From Squalus acanthias (Eukaryota), in the NCBI GenBank assembly GCA_030390025.1, contig CM059431.1, forward strand, positions 136,402,001-136,466,000: a stretch of DNA of 64,000 nucleotides, in the 5' to 3' direction. This document shows positions 26,454 through 36,744 of this stretch, piece after piece (within the stretch, counting starts at the first letter, position 1; each line of letters begins with the position of its first letter). The notes under the pieces were generated by a model. The model was given only the letters and a program-made list of their open reading frames with translations, made no database searches and had not been told where the DNA came from. A program made the translations under genes and the position numbers.

Positions 26454-27180
26454 GGCCCAACATTTGCGATCGAATGCTTCCCGCGGGCGGATGCCTCCGA
26501 CCTGTAAAATATCTACGCATTTACCTGGTGGCCCGGGAGATATGGCGGCTTGAGATTCTGGGCCTCTCCGGGTCCGCGTGGGCAGAGGCGCACGTATCCC
26601 AGGGGCGCAGGCAGTTCGCAAGCGCCGCTGGGATCACGTTGGCCGGCCCAACCAATAGAAGAAGGGAATCCCCATTCCTACTTCTGGGAGTTCCGTTCGT
26701 ACGGAATCCCCATTTGTAGGAATAGAGATCACTTAAAAAGACATGAACACATGAGATAAATAAGAAAACATTTCATATTGCAAATTAATTAAAATATCAT
26801 TTAATATTTTAAACAAAAACAATAATTTTACTTTTTGAAAAAATGTTTTATATGTTTTAACGGGGCTAAAAATAAACTCATCTTTTTGGACTGGGTTTTA
26901 ATTTATAAATGAGTGATAACATTTTATTTTTCTGTTTTTTAAAACTGATGCTGATAAAAGCAGGCCTTACGCCTGCTTTTTCTGTGCGAAAGAATTTCAC
27001 AGGCATTCAGCGGGCTGTTGTGAGTTGGAGAAATAGCGCAACTCTCCACCCGCAGAGGCCCATCTCCCGGGGATGCCTAAACCCGGAACTAGCGCGGTTT
27101 CAACGGGCGCGTACACACCTCGTACGCACCCGTAGGGGTCGCAAGGTACCGCCCACTGACTAGATCGGTTGCAACACTGG
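26454..27180. mobile_element. Non-autonomous DNA element related to 18618-19910
   Basis: Begins ggcccaacatttgcg, has GC-rich flanks and an AT-rich core, and shares motifs with the 18.6-kb element. Confidence 0.75.
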
Positions 27181-27202
27181 CTTTAGCTCCCTGTTGAAAA
27201 AG

Positions 27203-27665
27203 AATGAAAGACTTGCATTTCTACAGCGCCTTTCACTACCTCAGGACGTCCCAAAACGCTTTACTGCCAATGAAGTACTTTTGAAGTGTAGTCACTGTTG
27301 TCATGTAGGAAACCCGGTAGCCAATTGCACACAGCAAGCTCCCACAAACAGTAATGTGATAATGATCAGATAATCTGTTTTAATGATGTTGATTGAGGAA
27401 TAAATATTGGCTAGGATAACAGGGATAACTCAGCTGCTCTTCATTGAAATGGTGCCACGGGATCTTTTACGTTCACCTGAGAGGGTGGCCGGAGCCTCAG
27501 TCTAACGTCTCATCCCAAAGACATCACGTCTGACAGTGCAGCACTTCTTCAGTACTGCACTGGAGCGCCAACCTAGATTAATTGTGCTTAAGTCTCCAGG
27601 AGTGGGACTTGAGCCCACCAACCTTCTGACTCAGAGGTGAGAGTGTTACCCACTGAGCCACGGCT
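27203..27665 (-). mobile_element. Near full-length tRNA-derived DeuSINE-like element
   Basis: Head agccgtggctcagtgggtaac...gggctcaagtccc (A- and B-box-like), a Deu-like core and an L2-type tail. Confidence 0.88.
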
Positions 27666-28626
27666 GGTCATGGATATTGGCCGGAGTGTCAAACCGAAAT
27701 TCCACCTGATCTTGTTAGTTTTCCGATGGGCGGGTTCAGTTAAAATTGCCCCGCAGTTGCTGGAAGTGTAATCAAGCAACACGTCTTCTACATCAACTTC
27801 ATTATTTGCTTTGGATTGATTTTACACTAATTCACATTGTGCCTTGTACCTCCAACCAGCTCTACTTTTCTACTTCCAAATTGCCTTCATTTTTGCTGAT
27901 TAATTCTACATAATATAAGTTCAAAGTATTAAATATAGGTAAGGATACAATGTATGACTTTATAATGGGGACTAAGTTACTTCTGTGTATCCAGGCTCAG
28001 TATCTCCTGCCCTCTCCCGCCCCGCTCAGCTAGCTTCACCTGAAGACCATGCCTGGTCTTGACTCCATGTGTGTAAGGCCCAACGGAATCAATTCGGATA
28101 TTTTAACAGACCAAGGCGTGTGCTAAACATTGGAGAGAATTGTTTAGTACGAACATCTAGTATCCTATGGCTGTAATGTACAATGACTCCTTGAAATAAT
28201 TTCCTGAAGTGAACGCCGCTCAATATCAGGAAAGCCCTTTGGAGGAAATGTCTTTTCACCACACACTGGGGGTGATTTTTAAATTTGGCGATGATCTAAA
28301 CTGGGCTGTATCGTGTTTGCCGTTCATTATCCACCACACTGATTTACTTGCCATTGAAGTCAATGGAAGAGAAAATCGGGAGGAGCCTTTCTTGGGCGGA
28401 TAATTCGCCATCGCCCATTTTACACCCCCCCTCCCAAGTTAAAATTAACCCATTTAATCTCAAATATCAGTCCACACGACATATAATTTTCAATAATCTC
28501 AAATTGAGAATGGAGTGTGCCTGTTGGCGAAATGCCCACTACATAGCTTTTTGATACATAACAGTGCCGTGACAATGACAAACAGTTAATGAAATACAAG
28601 ATTTTGAGGTATGGGCAGCAGCTTGG

Positions 28627-29775
28627 ATTACACAGGATTACATAGGATATACGGCACAGAAACAGGCCATTCGGCCCAACCAGACCATGCTGGTGTTTAT
28701 GCGCCACACGAGCTTCCTCCCGTCTTTCCTCATCTAACTCTATCAGCATAACCCTCTCTCCCCTTCTCCCTCATATGCTTATCTAGCCCCCTCTTAAATG
28801 CATCTATACCATTCGCTTCAACCACTCCCTGTGGTAGCGAGTTCCACAGTCTCACCACTCTCTGGATAAAGAAGTTCCTTCTGAATTCCCTATTTCATTT
28901 CTTGGTGACTATCTTATATTGATGGCTTCTAGTTTTGCTATTCCCACAAGTGGAAACAATCTCTGTATCTACTCTATCAAAACGCTTCATAATTTTCAAG
29001 ACATCTATTATGTCACCCCTCAGCCTTCCCTTTTCAGGAGAAAAGAGACCCAGCCTGTTCATCCTTTCCTGATATGAAAACCCTCGCATTTCTGGTATCA
29101 TCCTTGTAAATCTTATCAGCACCCACTCCAGTGCCTCTATATCCTTATTATAAAAAGGCGACCAGAATTGCACGCAGTATTCCAAGTACAGGGTATGTTA
29201 GCATAGTGGTTATTTTACTGGACTAGTAAACCTGAAGCCTGGACTAATAATGTCGTTAACGTGAATTCAAATCCCACCATTCAATTAAAAAAGCTAGTCT
29301 CAGTAATGGTGACCATGAAACAACTGGATTGTTGGGGAAAACCGAACTGGTTCACTAATGTCCTTCGGGAAGGTAGTCTGCTGTCCTTACCCGGTCTGGC
29401 CCACACGTGACTCCAGACACACAGCAATGTGGTTGACTTTTAACTGCCCTCTGAAAAGGCCGAGCAAGTCACTCAGTTGTACCAAACCGCTACGACAAAG
29501 TCAACACTCTGGGAGTACCTTCACCACACGGACTGCAGTGGTTCAAGAAGGCGGCCCACCACCACATTCTCGAGGGCAATTTGGGATGGGCAAAAAATGC
29601 TGGCCTCGCCAGCGACGCCCACATCCCAAGAACGAATAAAAAAAAGTGTAGTCTAACCAAGCTTCAATAGAAGTGTCGCATTACTTTTCATTTGAATCCC
29701 TCCAGAAATAAACCCAGGTGCTTGGTTTGCTTGTTTACCTGTGTCGCTACATTCAGTGATTTGTGTCTTTGTACT
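28627..29775 (-). mobile_element. CR1 3' fragment with a nested + strand SINE (about 29190-29645)
   Basis: ORF 28895..29185. The host sequence tccaagt|gtagtctaacc resumes after the SINE. Confidence 0.85.
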
Positions 29776-30220
29776 TAGATTCGTATTGTCCAAGTAATAT
29801 GTGACCTCCCTATTTTTCTTTTGATATAAAAGATATTCATTGAAAACACTTCCTGTAATGTATGTGCTTTACACCTTACAATCATTATGGAAATACCAGA
29901 AAGCTGATAGAGGGCGTTGCAATTAAAGTTACTGGGGGTGAATTTGGAAATGGGACAGGCACGCCAAACAGGCGGATTCGCATTGGCCAACCATAACAGG
30001 ACACACCTGATATTAAGTCCTATTAATGTTGATGGAACTGAATATCGAGGGGAGCGTGTAACCAGTGACCAATGCGATACCGCTTGTTAAGCATCCCTGC
30101 CCGTGTCCCATTTCACGCCCACTCTCTTGCTTGTTCTCTGCTATTTTAGAATGCTGCAGGTTCATTCCCCCCACACGTGCATCTAATTTTTTTTTTGCTC
30201 TTCTTCTTCTGCAACCTTAG

Positions 30221-30369
30221 GTTACCATGAGAAAGACGGGAAGGCGTATTGCCGCAAAGACTATTTCAACATGTTCGCTCCCAAGTGTGGCAGCTGTGAT
30301 CGGCCAGTTTTGGACAACTATCTATCAGCACTCAACAGCGTCTGGCACCCGGAATGCTTTGTATGCAGA
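30221..30369 (+). CDS. LPXN: Leupaxin coding exon 8: end of LIM2 and LIM3 ([14 protein letters not shown]...WHPECFVCR)
   Basis: Long polypyrimidine tract then ccttag, donor AGA|gtaagt. 149 bp, phases 1/0. Confidence 0.95.
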
Positions 30370-30409
30370 GTAAGTGCCAGTGATCCAACGAGAGCTTTGT
30401 CTTTAGGCA

Positions 30410-30750
30410 TCTCTCTGCATTTCTAAACGGGAAGAAAACGCCTTTCCCGAGCTCAGCTCCTCCCAACTCGATGTACAGCCAATGGAGAACTTTTGTAATG
30501 TAATCACTGTTGTAATGGAAGGAAACTGGAAAGCAAATTTTCGCACAGAAAGATCCCACAAACAGCAATGTGGTAATGACCCGATGTTTGTTTTATTGAT
30601 GTGGGTAGAGGGATAGAGATCTTTCCTGAACTTCTTTTTCCCATAGTGCCATGAGATATTTACGTCCACCTGAGAGGGAAGAAAGGGCTTCAGATTAACG
30701 TCTGGTCCTAAAGACGGCACCTCCGACAGTGCAGCACTCTCTCAGTACTA
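30410..30750 (-). mobile_element. DeuSINE-like fragment
   Basis: gtgccatgagatatttacgtccacctgagaggg...aaagacggcacctccgacagtgcagcac, matching 18290-18395. Confidence 0.8.
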
Positions 30751-30784
30751 GAATATCATCAGTGAGGACCATATTTAATAGTTA

Positions 30785-32410
30785 ACCTAACATCTGGGGA
30801 GAACAACGGCAACATGTTCCCGTAAAGGTCAAGGGTGGGACCAACAAGCCCAGGGAACCCTGGATGTCAAGGGATATACGAGAATGGATTAGGAAAAAAA
30901 GGAAGGCTTTTGGCAGATACAAAGGACTAAAAACAAAGGAAGGCCTAGAGGAGTATAGAAAGTGCAGGGGTGTACTTAAAAAAAAATTAGGAGAGCGAAG
31001 AGGGGGCATGAAATAACACTGGCGGGCAAAATAAAGCAAAATCACAAAGTGTTTTATAAGTATATTAAGGGCAAGAGGTTAAACAGGGAAAGAGTAGGCC
31101 CATTAGGGACCAAAGTGGCAATCTGTGTGGAGAGCCAAAAGATGTAGGCGGGGTTTTAAATGAATATTTTGCATCTGTGTTCACTATGGAGAAGGACTAT
31201 ATAGGCATATAAATCAGGCAGGGGGATTGTGATATACTTGAACAAATTAGTATTGAGAGGGAGGAGGTACCAGCGGTTTTAGCGGGCTTAAAAGTGGATA
31301 AATCCCCAGGCCCAAACGAGATGTATCCCAGGCTTCTGTGTGAGGCAAGGAGGAGATTGCAGGAGCTCTGACACAAATTTTCAGAACCTCTCTGGCCACA
31401 GGGGAGGTGCCAGAGGACTGGAGAACAGCTAACGTAGTACCATTATTCAAGAAGGGTAGTAGGGATAAACCAGTGAATTACAGGCCAGTAAGCCTAACAT
31501 CAGTGGTAGGGAAATTATTGGAAAACATTCTGAGGGACAGAATTAGTCTCCACTTGGAGAGGCAAGGATTAATCAAGGATAGTCAGCATGGCTTTGTCAG
31601 ATGGAGATCATGTCTGACCAATTTGATTGAATTTTTCGAGGGGGTGACTAGGTGTGTGGATGAGGGTAGTGCAGTTGATGTGATCTACATGGACTTCAGT
31701 AAGGCTTTTGACAAAGTCCCGCATGGGAGACTGGTCAAGAAGGTAAAAGCCCATGGGATCCCGGACAACTTGGCACATTGGACCCAAAATTGCCTTAGCG
31801 GCAGGAGGCAGAGGGTGATGGTCAAAGGTTGTTTTTGTGACTGGAAGCCTGTGTCCAGTGGTGTACCGCAGGGATCGGTGCTGGGTCCTTTGCTGTTTGT
31901 CGTGTACATTAATGATTTAGATATGAATGTAGGAGATATGATCAGTAAGTTTGCAGATGACACGAACATTGGTGGGGTGGTAAATAGCGAGGAGGGAAGC
32001 CTCAGGCTACAGGACGATACAGACGGGTTGGTCAGATGGGCAGAACAGTGGCAAATTGAATTTAACCCTGAAAAGTGTGAGGTGATGCATTTTGGGAGGA
32101 CTAACAAGGCAAGGAATTACAGAATGAATGGTAGGACCCTAGGAAGGACAGAGGATCAGAGGGACCTTGGTGTACATGTACATAGATCCCTGAAGGCAGC
32201 AGGACAGGTAGATAAGGTGGTTAAAAAGGCATATGGGATACTTGCCTTCACTAGCCGAGGCATAGAATATAAGAGCAGGGAGGTTATGATGGAGCTGTAC
32301 AAAACGCTAGTTCGGCCACAGCTGGAATACTGTTTGCAGTTCTGGTCGCCACACTACAGGAAGGATGTGATTGCATTGGAGAGGGTGCATATGAGATTCA
32401 CCAGGATGTT
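30785..32410 (+). mobile_element. CR1 ORF2 internal fragment with an uninterrupted RT frame
   Basis: ORF 31407..32579: NYRPVSLTS, YMDFSKAFDKV, PQGSVLGP, KFADDT. Homology stops near 32410. Confidence 0.95.
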
Positions 32411-32714
32411 ACCATTATTGTTTAGTTTGTTCTTTCCTTTTAGCACTCTGTTGAACACCATTTTAAATGTTTCCCATTGCTGTTCCACATCGTTGTTTGC
32501 CAATATTGTTGCCCATTTTTGTTTCCCAAGTTCTATTCTAGGCCCTGAAAATCAGATTTTCTCCAAACTATTAACCTAGTTTTCGTCATACTTATGTCCT
32601 TCTCAAATATCATCTTAAAGCGATTAAGATGGATAGATTTGTGTTGGATAAGGTCATTAAAAGGTCTGGAAAACAGACGGGTAAAAGGAGTTTGAGGTAC
32701 AAATCAGCCATGAC

Positions 32715-32970
32715 TAACTGAATGGAGGAACAGGTTTGAGAAGTGAATGGCCTCCTCCTGTTCCTATGTAACAGGCTCGATGGGCTGAATAACCTACTCC
32801 TGTTCCTATGCAACAGGTTTGAGGGATTGAATGACCTCCTCCTGTTCCTATGTAACACGCTAGATTGGCTGAATAGCCTATGTGATAGACTCGAGGGGAT
32901 GAATGACCTCCTCCTGTTCCTATGTAACAGGCTCGATGGGCTGAATGTCCTCCCCCGTTCCTCTGTAACA
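32715..32970 (+). repeat. ~42-bp tandem repeat derived from a CR1 3' tail
   Basis: About six units like aacaggctcgatgggctgaataacctactcctgttcctatgt; compare the CR1 tail at 16564-16615. Confidence 0.85.
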
Positions 32971-33010
32971 CAGAAAATGGTAACTGCTCTCATTTCCGTC
33001 TCTAACGCAG

Positions 33011-33277
33011 GATTGTTTCACCTCGTTTGCGAACGCCTGTTTCTTTGAGGTTGAGGGAATGCCCTACTGCGAGCTGCACTATCACCAACGCCAGGGGACG
33101 CTGTGTAGCGGATGCCAGAAGCCCATCAGCGGGCGCTGTATCTCCGCCATGGGCAGGAAATTCCACCCGGAGCACTTTGTCTGCGCTTTCTGCCTTAAGC
33201 AGCTCAGCAAAGGCGTCTTCAAGGAGAACAACGACAAGCCTTACTGCAACTCGTGCTTTAATAAACTGTTCCTTTAA
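33011..33277 (+). CDS. LPXN: Leupaxin last coding exon: end of LIM3 and LIM4 (DCFTSF...[28 protein letters not shown]...CFNKLFL*)
   Basis: Acceptor tctaacgcag, TAA stop ending at 33277. DCFTSF, CISAMG, QLSKG and FNKLF match leupaxin better than PXN or TGFB1I1 as I recall those sequences. Confidence 0.93.
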   Translation, partial: DCFTSFANACFFEVEGMPYCELHYHQRQGTLCSGCQKPISGRCISAMGRKFHPEHFVCAFCLKQLSKGVFKENNDKPYCNSCFNKLFL

Positions 33278-33467
33278 CAACAGAGATGCGCCCGAAAAGT
33301 GTCTCTGCTCATGTGTCTCACTGCAAAAGAGGTACGCCCACCAACCTCTCCAAAGGTTAGAAAGTCAATTGTCCAGGAATGTATGTCACTGCAATCATTT
33401 CATCCAATTAATGGCGCCTAGTTATAATGGTCTACTGTTAACTTGATATTTCCTTTTATGCAATGTA

Positions 33468-33832
33468 ACGGTAGTCTAGTGGTTATGTTACTGGACTAGT
33501 AATTCAGAGGCCTGGACTAATGTTCACGGGGACAGGCGTTCTAAATCTCGACCACGGCAACTGGGGAATTCAAATTCAGTTAATTAAATAAACGTGGAAT
33601 ACAAAAGCTAATATTAGTAATGGTGAACATGAAACTACGTAAAAACCCATCTGGTTCACTAATGTCCTTCAGGGAAGGAAACCTGTCGTCCTATATGTGA
33701 CTCCAGACCCACAGCAATGTGGTTGACTCTTAACTGCCCTCTGAAATGACCTAGCAAATCACTCAGTTACAGGGATGGGCAATAATGCTGGCCTTGCCAG
33801 CGACGCCCACATCCCGTGAACGAATCAAATAA
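33468..33832 (+). mobile_element. tRNA-derived SINE, same family as 29190-29645
   Basis: Head tagtctagtggttatgttactggactagtaa, core ggttcactaatgtccttcagggaagg, and a tail shared with the LINE at 5961-6871. Confidence 0.85.
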
Positions 33833-34424
33833 TGAAACATTTCCCTCTCCACTCTCAGGTCCTGCAGATATTGGAAACGAAGGTTGAGTGTTTGTGAAGA
33901 CTAATTTTAACCTGATCTCTGCCTCCTCCCCCCCCCCCCCCCGCGTCGGGACATTGATGATGTCCGGCGCAACGCTGGTTTTACACCCCTCCCTTTTTTA
34001 CTCCCAATTAAATTCAAAGGATAGTGATATTAGGCGGAGTGTGAACCTGGCGTTACACCCGATCCCGCGGGTTCCTCGCCCCGCAAGTTAGGTTAACATT
34101 GGTCGCAAAGTCGCACTAAGTCTAGAAAACTACCGAAGGGAAAACAGGGGTTATAAAGAATGTTTGCAGACGGTCTCTCGATCATTCTGCTTTAATGCAC
34201 ATTTTTGAGAAAGCGAGCTGTATACGATATCCCTCAGTGGGGAGCGAGGAGCGAGTGTTTGGGTAAGTTGTATATTGATGCCTCTAAGCGGCTGGACCAG
34301 GGTTCGAAACCCTCCTCCAGACAATCCTCCAATTTACTGGGTTGCCCATCCAGTGGGATAGTCACTTCCAGTGCGAGTGTGTAACGACACCCTCCCCTTC
34401 AGTTCACGGCGAGGACAGTCACAC

Positions 34425-34890
34425 TTATGATGAACTACACACGGGAATTACAACACAGAAAGTCTATTCAGTCCAACTGGCCCACGCTGGTGCATATTCT
34501 CACAATGAGACTCCTCGCAAGCTACTTCATCTCACTCTATTAGCATATCCTTCTATTCCTTTCTCCCGCATGTACTTATCTAGTTTGTCCATGAACACTA
34601 TCCGCCTCAGCTGCTCCATTTGCGAGCAAGTTCCTCTTTCTAACCATATATTGGGTTAAGAAGTACCACCTGAATTCGCTATTTGATTTATTAGTGACTG
34701 ATGGAAACATTTTCTCTACGTCTGCTCTGTCAAACTCTTTGATTATTTGAGACACCCCATTAGGTCGCCTATCAGTCTTTTCTTTCGGAGAGAAACCAGA
34801 CGTGGCGTTTTCAGTGTATCCTAACAAACATAACTTTTCAGTTCTGGTAACATCCTAGTAAATCTTTTTAATTTACACCGTCTCTAGTGG
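34425..34890 (-). mobile_element. Degraded CR1 3' fragment
   Basis: Similar to 28630-29140; ORF 34576..34827 contains IIKEFDRADVEKMFP. Confidence 0.65.
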
Positions 34891-34955
34891 CATCTTATTT
34901 TATTATAACATGGAGACCAGAACATGGACACAGCCTCTGGTCGCAGTCCCTACTC

Positions 34956-34986
<31 letters not shown>

Positions 34987-35847
34987 TCAGAATGGGGCAC
35001 AGCCTCTGGTCATAGACCCTATGCAAAGAGAGTGATCCGAAATCATAGTCCGTACTCAGAGAGAGAGAGAGAGAGAGATCTGAACAGGGACACAGCATCT
35101 GATCAAAGTCCCTATTCGTAGAGAGAGATCAGAACAGAGACACAGCCTCTGGTCACAGCCCCTACCCAGAGAGAGAGAAAGAGATCAAAACAGGGACACT
35201 CCCTGTGGTCACAGTCCCTACTTGGAGAGAGATCGAGATCTGAAAAGGAACACAGACTCTGGTCACAGTCCCTACTCGGATAGAGAGAACAGAAAAGGGA
35301 CACAACCTCTGGTCACAGACCATACTCAGCAAAAGATCAGAATATGGACACAGCCTCTTGTCACAGTCCCTACTCAGAGAGAGAGATCAGAACATAACAC
35401 AGCCTCTGGTGACAGTCACTATTAGGAGACAAAGATGAGAACAGGGACAACGCCTTTGTTCAAAATCACTACTCAGACTAAGAGAGAGAAATCAGAACAG
35501 GTACAAAGCCGCTGGTCAAACTCATTATTCAGAGAGAGAGAGATAGATAGATAGAGAGAGAGCGAAACAGGGACACAGCCTCTGGTCACAGTCTGTACTA
35601 AGCGAGGGAGATCAGAAAATGGACACAACCTCTGGTCACAGTCCCTACTCAGAGAGAGATCTGAACAGGGACATAAGCTCTGGTCACAGCCCATACTCAG
35701 AGAGAAAGAGATCTGAATAGGGACACAGCCTCTGGTCAGAGTCCCTATTCAGAGAGAGATCAGAAGAAGGAACAGCCTCTGGTCACGCTCCCGACTCAGA
35801 GAGAGATCAAAACAGGGACACAGCCTTTGGTCACAGTCAATACTGAG

Positions 35848-36389
35848 AGCGCTGGTTAGGCCGCAACTGGAGTATTGCGTCCAGTTCTGGCCACCACACT
35901 TTAGGAAGGATGTGAAGGCCCTTGAGAGGGTGCAGAGGAGATTTACCAGAATGGTTCGGGGGATTGGGCATCTTATTTAGAAGGACAGGTTGGAGAAGCT
36001 GGATTTGTTTTCATTAGAGCAAAGGAGGTTGAGAGGTGTACAAGATTATGACGGGTTTGGATAGGCTAGACTGGGAATGGCTGTTCCCACTAGTTGATGA
36101 TAAAAGGACTAGGAGACACAGATTTAAGGTTTTGGGCAAGAGATACAGGGGGGACGTGTGGAAAAACTTTTTTTACACAGCGAGTGGTGAGGACCTGGAA
36201 CTCGCTGCCGATGGAAGTGGTGGAAGCAGAGACACTCAATGTGTTGAAGGGGAGGCTGGATAGGCACTTGAGGGAAATAAACTTGCAGGGATAGAGCGGG
36301 GGGAGTGGGACTGACGGGATGGCACGGAATCGATGGGCCGAATGGCCTCCTTCTGTGCGGTTATGACTCTATGACTCTATGACTCTATG
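35848..36389 (+). mobile_element. CR1 3' fragment inserted in the satellite
   Basis: Very similar to 10203-10755, with tail (atgactct)3. Confidence 0.9.
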
Positions 36390-36527
36390 AGAGGGAGATC
36401 AGAACAGGGACACACCCTCTGGCCATAGTCCCTACTCAGAGAGATCTGAACAGGGATACAGCCTCCGCTCACAGTCCCTACTCAGAGAGAAGATCAGAAC
36501 AGGGTCACAAACTCAAGTCACAGAACC

Positions 36528-36558
<31 letters not shown>

Positions 36559-36744
36559 CAATCAAAGGGACACAGCCTATATTCACAGACCCTACTCAGA
36601 GAAAGATAAATACAGGGATACAGCCTCTGGTCACAGTCCCTAGTCAGTGAGTGAGACAGAGAGAGATCGGTACTGGGTCACAGCTTCTGATCATAGTCCT
36701 TACTCAGGGAGAAATCAGAATAGGGACACAGCCCCTGGGCACAG

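Noticed and set aside
27595..27665. tRNA gene
   Set aside because: A tRNA-like SINE head continuous with the SINE body, not a convincing cloverleaf.
33002..33446. Overlapping ORFs 33002..33280 (-) and 33027..33446 (+)
   Set aside because: Shadow frames of the LPXN last exon.
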